From the NCBI RefSeq assembly GCF_009914755.1, contig NC_060944.1: a DNA stretch of 64,000 bases; one strand, written 5' to 3'. The translations under genes were made by a program, and so were the position numbers. The stretch is from the human T2T-CHM13v2.0 reference genome, Homo sapiens. Under the pieces are notes generated by a model, which saw nothing but the letters and a program-made list of their open reading frames with translations, did no database searches and had not been told where the DNA came from. Of this stretch, positions 42,295 through 57,007 are shown piece after piece. Each line of letters begins with the position of its first letter. The stretch's first letter is position 1.

Positions 42295-42490
42295 GCTGGA
42301 CTGGCACACCCCAGCCTGTGACAGCAGACTGTGCGCGTCTCCTCCCAGCTCCATATTCGGTGATGTCACCTTGGTAGGTGGAAACTGGCCATAATGGAAG
42401 CAGTTATACCATGGGAAGTGGCAAATGCCACCAATCCAAATTTTTTTTTTTTTGAGAGTTAGTTGCTAAATATTTACCAGCATACCACTG
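42295..42490 (-). mobile_element. MER63A hAT MITE
   Basis: Ends AAATATTTACCAGCATACCACTGG; reverse copy of the family at 26436. Confidence 0.7.
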
Positions 42491-42614
42491 GACTAGATGA
42501 GTGCTTCTCAAACGCTTTTGCTAATGTTTCCTGGTGGCAGAGGACAGCTGATACATAACCCCAGAGGCCTGGGGTCTCAGCATTTTAGAATCTTCCTTAG
42601 ACTCTCCTACTGTA

Positions 42615-42914
42615 GGCTAGGGGCAGTGACTCACGCCTGTAATCCCAGTCGAGGCAGGCAGATCACTTGAGATCAGAAGTTCAAGACCAGCCTAGCCAAT
42701 ATGGTGAAATCCCATCTCTACTAAAAATACAAAAATTAACCAGATGTGGTGGCACACGCTTGTAATCTCAGCTACTCAGGAGGCTGAGGCACGAGAATCC
42801 CCTGAACCCGGGAGGCAGAGGTTGCAGTAAGCCAGGATTGGATTACTGTACTTTAGCCTGGGCGACAGAGTAAGACTCTGTCTCAAAAAAAAAAAAAAAA
42901 AAGAAAAGAAAAAA
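42615..42914 (+). mobile_element. Alu (AluS) with short left-arm deletion
   Basis: TSD AGA(C/A)TCTCCTA(C/T)TGTA; lacks CACTTTGGGAGG. Confidence 0.94.
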
Positions 42915-43086
42915 AGAATCTCCTATTGTAGTTTTTAAAGTTTTTAAATCTACAGTTAATTTATCCTTCTACACCTTAATGTGCCTGCATGTCTTGCTTC
43001 CTTATACACTCAAAATATAAAATTTTACTTTCATAACTTCTGAAAGATGTATCTTATTGGTCCTGTGGGTTTTTTACATCATGCTA

Positions 43087-43124
43087 CACACACACACACA
43101 CACACACACGCGCGCGCGCGCACA
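43087..43124 (+). repeat. (CA)11(CG)6(CA)2 compound microsatellite
   Basis: Direct reading. Confidence 0.96.
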
Positions 43125-44209
43125 AGCACAGCCCTTCTTGAATCAGTGTGACCCTGTGTCAAGGCTGGCACTAGTCCTCCAGGTGGAAGGCCTCCTCCTC
43201 TCCCATCCCTCTTCTTCCCTTTCCCCTTATCCTTTCAAATCCATGGCCCACCCTGACTTGGAATTGAAATGGGCATTGGGTGAGGAGAAAACCAGAACTT
43301 GCAGCTGATTCGTGAGGCCCTGGGACCCAGAACAGAGGTTCTCAGGGTCTGCTCTTGACAGTGGGCCCAGGCCTGGTCAGAGATACTTCCCACCCTCTCG
43401 TGACAGAGCAGCTGCTGGCTCCTCGCAGGTGTCTCCACCGGCCCTGCCAGCACCCACAGGCGATTTCCCTGCAGACAGAAAGGAATGAGTTTCCTTTTCC
43501 TTCTCCTTGTCTGAAAGCAAGTGGGCTTAGATCATCACACTGGGGCTTAGTTAGGGAGATCCGTTTTCTGCATCCCAGACTCGAGGCTACCACAGACTTC
43601 CTGGCTGACCTTGGACAAACAGTTTTGTTTTTTCTATGCCTCTTTTTCCACCATCAGCTGCTGCAAACTTCACTGCTGGGGATGGCTGAGTGGATGTCTG
43701 AGACGGCCTCGAAAAGGGGCCAAGAATATTTCCAAACACAGAGCTGGGCCCGTGGCCCATGGTTCCATAGCACCAACAGAAAGGCAGAGACCCAGCCTCT
43801 CCAGGATGCCAGACTCTGGGGTGCTAGAACACTCATCGTGGAAAATTCCGGAAAAAAAGTGCAAAGCAACAGCATCCCCCAAAGGAGACTTGAGAGGTCT
43901 GTGGAGGGTAGGAGGCAGTGTGTGATGGGAACTGATATGGGGACATGGGGGAAGGGACAATCTGATACTGAAGGGACCCTCTCCTCCCCTTCTCCTCTAA
44001 GGTTCTCAAAACACCTCCTGGGTCTGCACTGGCACCTCGGCCCTCTGGGGCTGCCCATCCCCCAAGCACTCCAACAAATTTCCACTGAGGGCCTCTTCAC
44101 CACTCAATTCAATGGCCATTTTCCAGAACTGATCTCACTGTCTGCTCCATCCTGTATGAAACAACCCCTCACTCTCTTCACTTAAAACCCTCTACTTTCA
44201 TGGTGTATT

Positions 44210-44600
44210 TGTATTTGTATTGTATTCTCCTAAAGCAGAGACCTGAGACAAAGCCCTACATGCAACCAGTGTATGTAGCGGGTGGTCCTGGGAAGATGCC
44301 AGGAAAGCGAGCCCAGGAAAAAGTGTGTGTTACTGGGCTGGGCACTGCTGTGGGCACCCGGGGCTGGAAGCCTGCTGGGACCTTCCAAGGGGCTGTATAG
44401 AATGCACCTTAGAACTGTCCCTCCAAAGGCTGCAGGGCAGGAGCATTGGTCTGGACCCCATGGGTTAAATGTCACTTCCCAGGGATATTAACTCCTGAGG
44501 CAGAAAAACAGAGAGCCACAGGGGTGCTTAAGGTGGAAGACATCCGTGTGCGCAGGAACGGTCCATACTACAGCTGCGGCCAGTGTGGCCCTGAGGATGA
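44210..44600 (-). mobile_element. ERVL LTR (LTR33/LTR16-like)
   Basis: AAGCAGAGACCTGAGACAAAG...TGCAACCAG is the reverse of the LTR16/33-type 3' end. Confidence 0.5.
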
Positions 44601-45289
44601 GACCAGCCTGTCTTCTGGACATGGCCTCCATGACAGCCAGCTCCTGGGCTTCTCCTCCTGCTCCTGGGGCCACACTCTCCACCTGCTTCCAGGGCCTCTT
44701 CCCTCCACCCCACCCCACCCCACCGAGGCTCCCTTAACCTGCGATGCTTCTCACTGACACCTGCTTGCCTCCCTCCACACCCAATGTCCTTGGCTTCTCT
44801 CCATCACTGCACAGAACACATTGGATTCACATTTCGTTATGTTTTTTCTCCTCTAGGAAACTTCTTGTGGGCAGGAACAAGTATTGTTCTGTGGGCCTGT
44901 AGCCTAACACCGTGTCTGACACATAGCAGGAGCTCAGAAAGCTCAGGAAGAGGGAAGAAGCTCCTCTCTCTTCCCCGTAAAATGCCCATCAGTGGTGGCA
45001 TTAGGAATCCATTTTCATTGCCCTTAAGAGCCCACATGAAGGCTGCCTACTGGTTTCTACTCTCCCCTGATTTCTGAAGAATGCAGGACCCTGGGATGGT
45101 GCAAGATGCCACTTTTTCTCTCAGGAATTCCAACCCAGCAGGTGATCTCCATCTGGCTGGGACATTCATTGCCCTCTGAAAGTCCCCCATTCCAGAACTC
45201 CACCACATTGCCCCCTCCCCACCCCTCACATTTTCATAAGGCTTGGCAAATGTGCAATTCTGTGTGCCTTCCCAGCAAGTTAGGGCTAG

Positions 45290-46730
<1,441 letters not shown>

Positions 46731-46769
46731 ATGTTCTCTTTAACTTCCCACATCAACCCCAGGAGAGAA

Positions 46770-46915
46770 GCAGTGTTATCAACTCCATTTTACAGATGGG
46801 GAAACTGAGGTTTTCCAAGGTAAAAAAGCTGCCCAAAGCCGCAGAGATAGCACATGGTACCACTGAGATTTGGTCTTGGGCCTGAGTAAGAACCAGCATA
46901 TCTGACCATTGTGAC
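46770..46915 (-). mobile_element. MIR
   Basis: CCATTTTACAGATGGGGAAACTGAGG core. Confidence 0.8.
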
Positions 46916-48131
46916 TGATGCTCTGTCACCTGGCCCTGGCCCTTTCGCCCCCTGATTTCAGCCTGGCTGTGGGGGGTCAGTGCGTGTGCACGGCCCACAT
47001 CCCTTCTCAGCTGTGCTGCAGCATCTCTCTGCTCTCCCATTGTGGGGTTTTTCCTGAAGCCTTGAGAGGCAGCAAAGTCCACACAAAGGCACAATTCTGG
47101 GAGGTGACACCCTTCTAGTGGGAGAATTCTACATGCTTCCTCTGTGGATGGAGCTGCCATGCCCACCTCATGAAGCCTCTCAATGAAGCATCCTCCCCCT
47201 CTCAGTCTCCCCACACCGCACCCTTGCCTGCTGGGATCCCCACCCAGATAAACCACCTGCATCTAAGTTCTTGCTCAGCTCTGCTTTTGAGGAATCCAAC
47301 TAAGGTACCCACCCAAATTTGCAGGAAAGGCCTCCGACCCTTGCCAACTCCCCTTCCATCAGAGCACTCCAAGCCTCAGCCTGGCCACTAAACAGGAGGC
47401 TTCTGTTTCCCAGCCCAGGCCACAGCTCCTGCTGATCCCATATCTGAGCTGGAGGCCAGAAGGAGTAATTTTACCACAGCTCTGAGCTCCTCTACAAGAA
47501 AGGATGCAAATCCTATTTGGGCTGATGTTGCCAAAACCCAAACAAGAATTCTACCTCAAGGCACTTCTTTTTTCAAGACCACATGCACAGCTGGGCTTCC
47601 CCACGAAATCATAGCTCTCAGCACTCAAGATTTGTCCACCCGGCACCCTCCCTGGAAAGGCCTCCTGGCAAAAAGGAAGACAGTAGGAAGGAACTGGGAG
47701 AAGACAAGCGCCCAGGGACCCGCATAATTTTTGTTCTAGAGTTTCATTGCCTCACAGTTTTTCCAGATATAAATGACCTTTTCTAATAGAGGGGCTTGGA
47801 CCAAGAGACTACTCTGAGCTCTGCCTCCAGAAATCAGGATAGTCCCACAGCAGCCTTCTGATAGCCTGGAGATGTCAGTGGTCACCCACCATGCTCCCCT
47901 CTCTGCCACTGGCACAGGGCACAGGGGCTTCCCTTCTAGTGGGCATGATAGCAAATTCCTGACGTTATCTCCCAGGCCTTAACCCCCAACTCTTAGAAGT
48001 GTGCTTAGCCTGCAAGGGGTCAGGGGACAGTGTGATTGTAGGTTATGAACCAGAGAGCCACATTCAGGTTCACGATTTGGGGTTATCCAGATAGTTACTG
48101 GACCCATCCTAAGCACTCAGGGTCAGGCTGA

Positions 48132-48498
<367 letters not shown>

Positions 48499-48757
48499 CA
48501 ACTTCCTCAACTTTTAATGGCTTCTCTTAAAAGCCTGTCTTGGGTGTTGTTCTCCTCCCACACCTTTTCTCCCTCCGCACAGATGGCAACACACACAGAG
48601 CTGCAGTCCCTTGTCCACACACCAAAACCCCAGGGAGACACATCTCTGCATTCTCATGGCCCACCTGACTCCACGTGGAACATGTTGTCAGGGCTCGATG
48701 GATGTCTGTGGAATGGATTGGGTGCGGGCCACACACACAGGCCACTCACCACAGATA

Positions 48758-49292
48758 CAGCAGCTCTCAATCTTGGCTGCACATGAGAATCACTTGAGAA
48801 GCTCAAAAAAGCATTGAAGCCGGGTCCTACCAGAGATCCTGATTTGATTGGTCTGGGTTGGGACCCAGGTAATGAGATTTTTAAAAGAATTACCCAGATG
48901 ATTCCAGGGTGTGTACAACAGGAGTTCTCAAACTTGAGCCGCATCAGGATCCCTTGGGCCCGGCGGGGGGTGGGGGAGGGGCTTTTTAAAACACAAATTG
49001 CTGCTCCTGCAACCTCTGCCCAGAGTATCTGATTCAGTAGATCAGCAGTGGGACTCCAGAATCCATGCTTTGGGTTTGTGTGTGTGTGTGTTTTTAAGAG
49101 ACAATGTCCCACTCTGTTGCCCAGGCTAGATTGCAGTGGCACGGTGACAGCTCACTGTAGCCTCCAGCTCCTGGGCTAAGTGATTCTCCCACCTCAGCTT
49201 CTGGAGTAGGTGGAACTACAGGTACGCACCACCATGCCTGGCTAACAGAATCTGCACTTCTAACAAGTGATGCAGGAGAGTTTTGGAAAACA
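48758..49292. mobile_element. Two adjacent MER5-family hAT MITEs
   Basis: CTCTCAATCTTGGCTGCACATGAGAATCAC and TTCTCAAACTTGAG...CTGATTCAGTAG...AGAATCTGCACTTCTAACAAG. Confidence 0.75.
49072..49245 (-). mobile_element. Alu monomer (FRAM-like) inside MER5A
   Basis: Single arm with (TG)n-converted tail; degenerate TSD beginning CAGAATC. Confidence 0.85.
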
Positions 49293-50386
49293 GGGGCAAT
49301 CTGTTCTTTGGGGAGAGAGCTGGGAGTAGAAATGCAGAGTATGGAGGGATTTGGGAAATGCCAGGGCAGGGTGTGCCTCGGGTGAAGCATGAAGGGCATG
49401 GGCAAGGGGGAAGGACATGGGAAAGGAGGTGGGCAGGGTAGGAAACGGCAGACCCTGTGGGATTTGGGAACCCAGGAGGTGAGGCAGGCAGCTGAGCTGA
49501 GGTCTCTGCTCTGCTCTCCGAAAGCATTCCTTCCGGGATCCTGAGAACACGAGTGGTACAGGCCCACTACCTTCACCTGTCCCCTGGACAATGACTTAGC
49601 CTCCCCTCTGGCCTCCCTGCCCCCTCTCAGGCCCCACCACGTCCATTCTCCCCTCTGCAACCAGAGTGACCATTCAATATGGTCAATCCAGCCATGTCAT
49701 GTCATCCCTCTGCTTAAATCCTCCTAGGAGTTTCCCAGCCTACCAGTGATGAAGTTCAAATTCTATGTCCTGTTTACCCCACCATTCTGCAGGAGCCATG
49801 AGGCTTCCAAATTCAGGGAGTGTAAGGACACCACATATGCACAGAGGCTGTGCCACAGGCTGCACCTGCCAGTGACCGAACATGGTGGAGATACTGAGGC
49901 AGGCTCACTTCTGAGAGACACGGGGCTTCCCGAAAGCCCTGCTGAGTCTTCCTTAGACTGCACACTTCTGTGTCTGGGACATTTCCACCCAACCTCCCCT
50001 CCCTCAGAGTCAGCCTTACCTAAACCCTCAGAAATTTCATCCAGGCTTCTCCGTAATTAAGGGAGGAGCTGGACTCGTAGCCTGCAATCCTAGGTAAGGG
50101 GCACAGAGGAAGCACCAGCCACTGAAGTTATACTTTCCTGCACATGGGGTCCCCCACTGTCTCAGGGCAGCTTCCTAAGACTCCATGCAGATGTTTATGA
50201 AGGAAGCACCCTCAAGGGAAACCAGTTTGGGCAGGAGAGAAGCAGGACAAGGAAAGGGAAGGGGTTAAAGAGGCATCTGTTTCAGCTGCGGTCTGCATGG
50301 GACCGGCTCCTCTGTGGTGCCCTGGAGATCTCACGTGTATCCAAATAGGCCACGGAGGCGAAGGCTTGACCCACAGCCAATCTGAA

Positions 50387-50825
50387 TGTGGTGGGTGAAA
50401 TAACGCCCCGCACCCCTACATCTGTGTCTTAATCCATGGAATCTGTGAATATGTTACCTTATATGCAAAAAGGATGTTGAGTAAATTAAAGATGTTGAGA
50501 TGGGGAGATTTTCCTGGATTTCCCAGATGGGCCCAATGTAATCACAAGGGGCAGTGAGAGGGAGATGTGAGGACAGAAGCAAAGGTTGGAGGGATGTGCT
50601 TGCTGGGGCCACTAGCCAAGGAATGCAGGTGCCCTCTAGAAACTGGAAAAGGCAAGAAAAAGGATTCTCCCCTAGAGCCTCCAGAAGGAACCAGCCTTGC
50701 TGACACCCTGATTTTAGCCCAGGGAAGCCCATTTTGGACTTCTGACCTCCAGTACTGTAAGATAACTTTGTGTGAAGCCACTAATCTGTGATGGTTTGTT
50801 GGAGCAGCAACAGGAATTGAACACG
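50387..50825 (+). mobile_element. MLT1D-like MaLR LTR
   Basis: TGTGAATATGTTACCTTA...GGGCCCAATGTAATCACAAGGG...GGATTCTCCCCTAGAGCCTCCAGAAGGAAC. Confidence 0.88.
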
Positions 50826-52173
50826 CTGAGTGCTGGCGGAATGCTTCGTGGTCCTCCTGGATCAGAAGTGGGTGAGAGGCAGAGGCTGCAGAGTTCCAGG
50901 CCATCTCCCCATCGCCTCCCAGCCCCTAGAGAGCCGCCGTGGGTCTGTTTGTCATCCCTTCTGGGTTCTGCTGAGTGATGGGGCTCCCCATCCTGCCTCT
51001 GCTCAGCCTCAGTCTAGAATTGGCATCTCAGCCAAGGGGCATCCCCCAGCTCACATGACAGTCACTCGGCCTCTCTTGTTTGGGTGCCCTCCTTTCTGAT
51101 ATGCCGAATGAGGACCTGGGGCACTGGTACCTTTGGCTTACTCTTCATTGTCTGTGTAAGTAATAAACAGTCTGAATCTATTATAAAAGCCCCTGAATCA
51201 GGGCTTGGAGTTGCCCTGAATTGTATGCACCTGAGCTTGACAAAGTCCCAGTGCCTAATCCTGCAGGGAACCCTGGAGTGGGGGTGACAGCAAAGGAGCT
51301 GGGCCTTTGTCCACATGACCACCAGTTGTGGCCATGGGCTGCCCGGGAGCCCCAGTGCCCAAGGGCAGGTCCCTGAAGGTATCAGGGGTGAGCCATTCAC
51401 AGCAAAGCACACAGACCTTGGAAAAGGACCTCAGTGGGCCTGGAAGTGGGAGAAGAGATGAGGGTGTACAGTTCATTACATTCACCAATAATTCATATAA
51501 GACGCTGCAGGATTCATTGCTGAGGCACTGGATTTTGACCCCACAGAGAGAAAATGGATATGGTAGCCCAGCATACATAGCTGTAGGGACATTTCCTAGA
51601 CCCCAGCTTCTAGGGCAGCCATCAAGGGTGCAATTTAACATTCCTGCCAATGTCCAGGCAGGCAGCAGTGGTTGTCCACAGACCAGGAAAAGGCAATTGT
51701 TTTCTTCATGAAAAAAGGCCCCAAGCCAGCACTTTTCATGCCAAACTACTGGCGGAAGCCAGCGGGCAGCCAGCCATGCCAGGGTTCTTGGAGCACAGAA
51801 CCAAACAAGGTGGCTCAGCCCCCAACTGGATGCCAGGATAGGTTGGCTGGAGGAGGTCTGTAAGTACCACCGTGGCCATTCAGTGACAGCACAAAAGGAT
51901 GCCTTGGTCCTCTCCTCTGGGTGCCCTTTGACCTTTTCTTTGAGAACCCCGGCTCCCCACCCATCTGCCTCCCCCTACCTCTATCTCTGCCACAATGTCT
52001 TCATTCCTTGTATTTTCCTATTGGCTTTTCTCCTGCTCTTCTCCTGACTTAGGGATGCAGAAGGCCCACAGGCACTTGGAGCATTGCTCAGCCACACAGG
52101 CCCCTCAGAGACAAAGAGGAATTTCCCTCATGACCTGGAGGACAAGATGGAGGGAAGGAGGGAAATTTAATCA

Positions 52174-52401
52174 CAAGGTGGCAAAACTTTTTCTATTAAG
52201 GACCTGAAAGAAAATATTTTAGACTTTACAGGCCATGTGGTCTCTATTACAACAACCCAATTCCACCATTGTAGCATGAAAGCAGCCATAGACAATGCAT
52301 AAATGAATGGGCCTTTGAATGGCAGTGTTCTAATAAAACTTTATTTACACAAACAGGCAGAGGGCCAGCTTTGACCTTTGGGTGTAGTTTGCAGACCCCT
52401 G
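52174..52401. mobile_element. MER58A hAT MITE
   Basis: AAAGCAGCCATAGACAAT...AATAAAACTTTATTTACA...TAGTTTGCAGACCCCTG. Confidence 0.85.
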
Positions 52402-53956
52402 GTTTACATGTTCCCAGAATCCAACAAGTTAGAATTAAAGGAACTTTAGAGATCATCCAGGCCAGGGAGGGCAGACAGGTTTCAAACCCATCTGCCAACT
52501 CTGAGTGCTCAGTGATGATTCCCTGATTTGCTGTGTTGAGGATTCTGAGGCCAACATCTAGCTTGGAGGGAAAGTGCCATAATAGTACCCTATGCCGTGG
52601 GCAGGGAGAGAGGAGTGGCAGCACAAGTGCCCCAGATTAGCTGCTTGATTAACCAAACACTTTCATTTCACATACAAACAGCTGGATCCCAGAGAGGTTA
52701 AGCGATTTGCCCAAGGCCACAGAACTGGCCAGAGAGTTGCTTGTCAACCGGCTTCTTCATGTTACTCTGCAGCAAAATGGAAAGCTGCATTTATTCCATT
52801 GCCTCATCACCACACATCTAAGCCAAATAATTTTCATGGTCCCTGGAGAGCAAAGGGTCAGAAGCCAGGGCCCCAGCCAGTCCTCGATTTGTGAGAATTG
52901 ATGTTTTGGGGGCTTTCACAACTATAAAAAAAAGTCGCATTTGTGATGTCTGAAAAATTAGGAGACTGGCTTCAGAGAGTACTGCCTGACAGATCCTGGT
53001 CATGGTCGGGCATGAAGTAGCCCCAGCATTAAGCTGTAGCTTCCCTTTTTCAGCAAGAAATGCTTTGCAAGCACCATGGTCACTATCTCATGAGCCCCAT
53101 AAGGCTAATGCCAATCAAGCATCAAGCTCTGGTATTTCTCACCCATGTGTCTATTTCCTAAGATTCTCAACAGCTGTGACTATCAGATAATAACTGCCAT
53201 GGTCTTTATTAATCTTGATTAATAAGCAACTGTAGTAACAACTCTGAAAACAGGATGCAGGTTGAGGTTTTGGAAGAAACTTTTAAAACCCTGGACTCTG
53301 TAAACTAGGTCATTTTTAAAAATCAGACTTTCTACTGTTAGAGTATGTCTGGTAGCAGAGCTTTGAAATTGCTTGGGCGTCAGTTACTTGGCTCTTAAAT
53401 GGAGTAATGCTTACCTCATGGGCTGTTGCAACATTCAGTTAAATAACAGATGACAGCCAAAGCCCACATGCCCAGGTCCACTCTGGAGGTCACTTACAGC
53501 TGCTGTTGGCAGTCCAGGCCATGCCAAGGGCTCTTTCCAGCACCTGCATCTATCTCTTCGGGTGTTCTCTATGCCCCTGCCCCAGTACCTCCCACCCCAG
53601 AGTGTTCAGCTCACACTCAACACAGGCTAGAGAAACCAGGGCAAGACTGCTCCTAGGGGCAGCCTCCAAGCAAGGAGGACTGCTAGGAGGTAGTGAAAAG
53701 GACTCTTGTGTCCTTGCCTTTCTGTGTACAGTTTTGAGGGATAGTTTGGTTTGATAAAACTTTATACAGTGTCTTAGAAGGCCCACAGGGATACCTGAGC
53801 CCTATTTCCTTCTCTCACTAATACACCCCCTTCTTGATTTTCTTTCCTTCCCTGCCTCACTTCTTCCCTCCCAGTGCATCCTGGGGTCATCTCTCAAATA
53901 AATGGCCTAAGCTCAAGTCTTTGTGTCAGGGGCATCCTGAGATACATTTAATTGTA

Positions 53957-54082
53957 ATTTTTATTTTTTAGAGATGGGGCCTCACTATGTTGCCCTGTCT
54001 GGTCTTGAACTCCTAGCCTCCAGTAATCTTCTTGCGTCAGCCTCTCAAGTTGCTGGGATCACAGGCATGTACCACTGCATCT
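53957..54082 (-). mobile_element. Alu monomer (FLAM)
   Basis: Single left-arm type; TSD GAGATACATTT at 53939-53949 and 54089-54099. Confidence 0.88.
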
Positions 54083-55379
54083 AAATCAGAGATACATTTG
54101 GATTTAGGAAAGGGAGTGGCTGGAAAGGAAGCAAGAACATGCATGTGTCCCCCATCCCAACACCATGGAAGAGGATGAGAGGGTTAAAGCTGCCGGCAGC
54201 TACGGAGCATCCGATAATGCAATACAAGAACTATCCCTGTCAATGAGCAGGAAGCTGACAGGGCTAATAGCAGCCAAGCAACTTTCTTTCCAGGCTGCTT
54301 TTCTATTCCTCTTCTGCTGGTTCCTCTGGGGAGGTCCCATTCATGACACAGTTCTGGTGGGTTTGAAAATCACGACACCCAACTCCACCACATCAAACAC
54401 TCTGAGGTTGATATGGGAGAGACCGTAAATGAAGCTTGTACACCTGGGTTATTCACTGGCAGGGTGGGGCTGCAAATGCCTGGCATTTTGTCTGCCACGT
54501 GAACAGAGCTTGCATGCAGAATGAAGGTAAATAGAGGTAAGATGAGATGAGAGAGAGAGCCCATATCATCAGAGCCACTGAATCCAGCTATGACTTTGGA
54601 ATCTGGTGGTTACTAGAGTCAACACAAACACATTCCCTTTATGTTTATTTGAGTTGCATTTCTGTCACTTGCAACCAAAAGGGTCCTGACCAAAAAAAGA
54701 CATTTCAGTTGTGCCTCCCTGGAATTATTTCTTTTCCTGAAAAAGCCACGCTGTTCGGCATAACTGCTTTCCTCCTGCACCACAAGGGATAAGAATTTAA
54801 TCAATTACTTAACATGGAGAGATTGAAGTTTTACCCATCCAGGTTTCCATTCAGGGACCCATCCATCTGTTTCTTATTTAAAGGTCTTATCAAGCGTGTG
54901 TTTTAATTTGTGTTCCCTCAAAACAAACCCTGGTGCAAGGATTCAGTTATGAGAGTAGTGAGCTGCTCAGGCAGACTCTGCCTGGGACCTTCTCATCCAC
55001 TCATCCTGTAGAGCTGTTCCAGATGAAATTTACTTAACTACAAAGAACAGGACGCCCAAGTAACACTGGCTGAAAAAAAATGAAAACACAATTCTTTCAT
55101 AAAATAAGAAGGCTGTGGGAGGAGATTTTGCAGTAGCAGCCCAATGACAAGGGAAAGGACCCTGGGTTTTTCTGTTATTTCTCCACTGCCAACCTCAGTG
55201 TGTTGGTTTGTCAGCCTCTTGCTTATCACCTTCTGGTCACAAGATGGCTGCTGCAGCCCCCAACATCACAACCACATACAAGGTCAGGAAGCATAGTGGG
55301 GCAGGGGCATTACAGCAGACATTATTGGAGCTCATCGCCTATCCCTCCATTTTATTATTTCAGTAGGCTCCAGTCAATT

Positions 55380-55790
55380 CCAAACTGCCTTAACCTGAGG
55401 GCTTTTCCCTAAAACCTCAGAAAACTGCTCTGCCCATGGACATCAGGTCAGAAGTGCCCCCCAAAATTCATATTCCTCCAGAGAAAGTCCTAACCAATGA
55501 TTGAGGGGGAGTAGCTATAAAAGTACCTTAGTTCCCTCATTGCTCCAAGGGATAACCACAAGGCATGTGACTTACACCTTTTCCAAAAATGTCCCTGCAT
55601 GATTAAGCTTAGTTCTCCACAGTAAAACCTGCTCTATAATGCACGCTTTGTTAAATATTTTTCCTTCCCTGTCTCACTTCCCTACTCCCTTGCTAGTGTT
55701 TTCCTGGGATTATGTTCCCAGAAAACTACTTACCCTATAATTCTTGTTTCAGGGAATGCTTCGGTGAGGGTTTGGGGGTGGGGACAAAGT
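55380..55790 (+). mobile_element. ERVL LTR (LTR16-like) within an older MLT1
   Basis: CCAATG...CTATAAAAG; CCTTCCCTGTCTCACTTCCCTACTCCCT; ends TAAGACA. Confidence 0.55.
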
Positions 55791-56341
55791 AAGACAGCTC
55801 TTCTTTTTATCAAGGAGGGAAAATCTTGCCAGAAATTCCCCAGTAGACTTCCTCTTGACCATACCTGAGTTACCTGCCCCACCCCTGCCTCCAGCTGCCC
55901 TGGAGGAGTTGAAACAGTGAGCATCTGCAAAGTGCAGCAGGGCAGTTACATCTTTGGAAGTTGAGCTCACTGCCCACTCCCCCACCCCCAAATCAGGGTT
56001 TAGTCAGCAAAGTGAGTGAAATGGGCAATGACTGTTGAGTGGGCAACTTATGGAATGCCAGGTTCTGTTCAATCATTTTAAATCAGTGACTGAGATAATA
56101 AGGTAAAGGTCATTCTTGGCAAGTATGCAGTAGACAGGAAACCGTGGAGAGTAAGTAGCAAGTGTGCTGAGCAACAGAATGAGGAGCCTCAATAAACTCT
56201 GCAGAGCAGTGGACTGAAGGATCCTGCTGCAGGCCGGTGGGAGTTAGTGTAACAGCCTGGAGCTAGGGCCCAAAAGGAAAACAAAAACAACAACACAAGC
56301 ATAAGATGGACAAGCGAAGGCTTATCAAGAACACACTGATG

Positions 56342-56603
56342 GGCTGGGCGCAGTGGCTAGCGCCTGTAATCCCAGCACTTCAGAAAGCCAAGGCAGGCAG
56401 ATTGCTTGAGGTCAAGAGTCTGAGACCAGCCTGGCCAACATGGTGAAACCCCATCTCTACTGAAAATACAAAAATTAGCCAAGCATGGTGGCAGGCACCT
56501 GTAATCCCAACTACTCATGACCCAAGATGGCGCCACTGCACTCCAACTTGGGCAAAAGAGCAAAACTCCTTCTCAAAACAAAACAAAACAACAACAACAA
56601 AAA
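56342..56603 (+). mobile_element. Alu with approx 50-bp right-arm deletion
   Basis: CTACTCA joined directly to TGACCCAAGATGGCGCCACTGC; TSD approx ACACTGA. Confidence 0.93.
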
Positions 56604-56680
56604 ACACTGACAAAGACATATGGGGTAGCTTCAAGTGTCAGCAATGTGGTGTGCCTGCTGACTTCCAGCAGCATCACAGG

Positions 56681-57007
56681 TGATGTGTACTAAATATCTG
56701 TGCCCCTCCAAATTCATATGTTGATTCCTAATCTCCAATGCAATGATACTTGGACGTAAGGCCTTTGGGAGGTCATTTGGGTTAGATTAGGTCATACCAT
56801 TATAAAAAGAGGAGGAGACAAGAGATCTCTCTCTCCACCATGTGAGGACACAGCAAGAAGGTGGTCCCTCTGTAAACTAAGGGAGCCCTCAACCAAGTTG
56901 ACTGGCAGCTTGATCTTGGACTTCCCATCCTCCAGAACCATGAAAAATAAATGTCTGTGGTTTAAGCCACCCAGTCCATGGCACAGAGTCCCAAATGAAC
57001 TAAGACA
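56681..57007 (+). mobile_element. MLT1A-like MaLR LTR
   Basis: CCAAATTCATATGTTGA...TTGATCTTGGACTTCCCA...ACTAAGACA; 5-bp TSD ACAGG/ATAGG. Confidence 0.87.

Noticed and set aside
43355-44185. Longest ORF (276 aa)
   Set aside because: TTG start, no recognisable domain, several overlapping ORFs on both strands as expected in GC-rich non-coding DNA.
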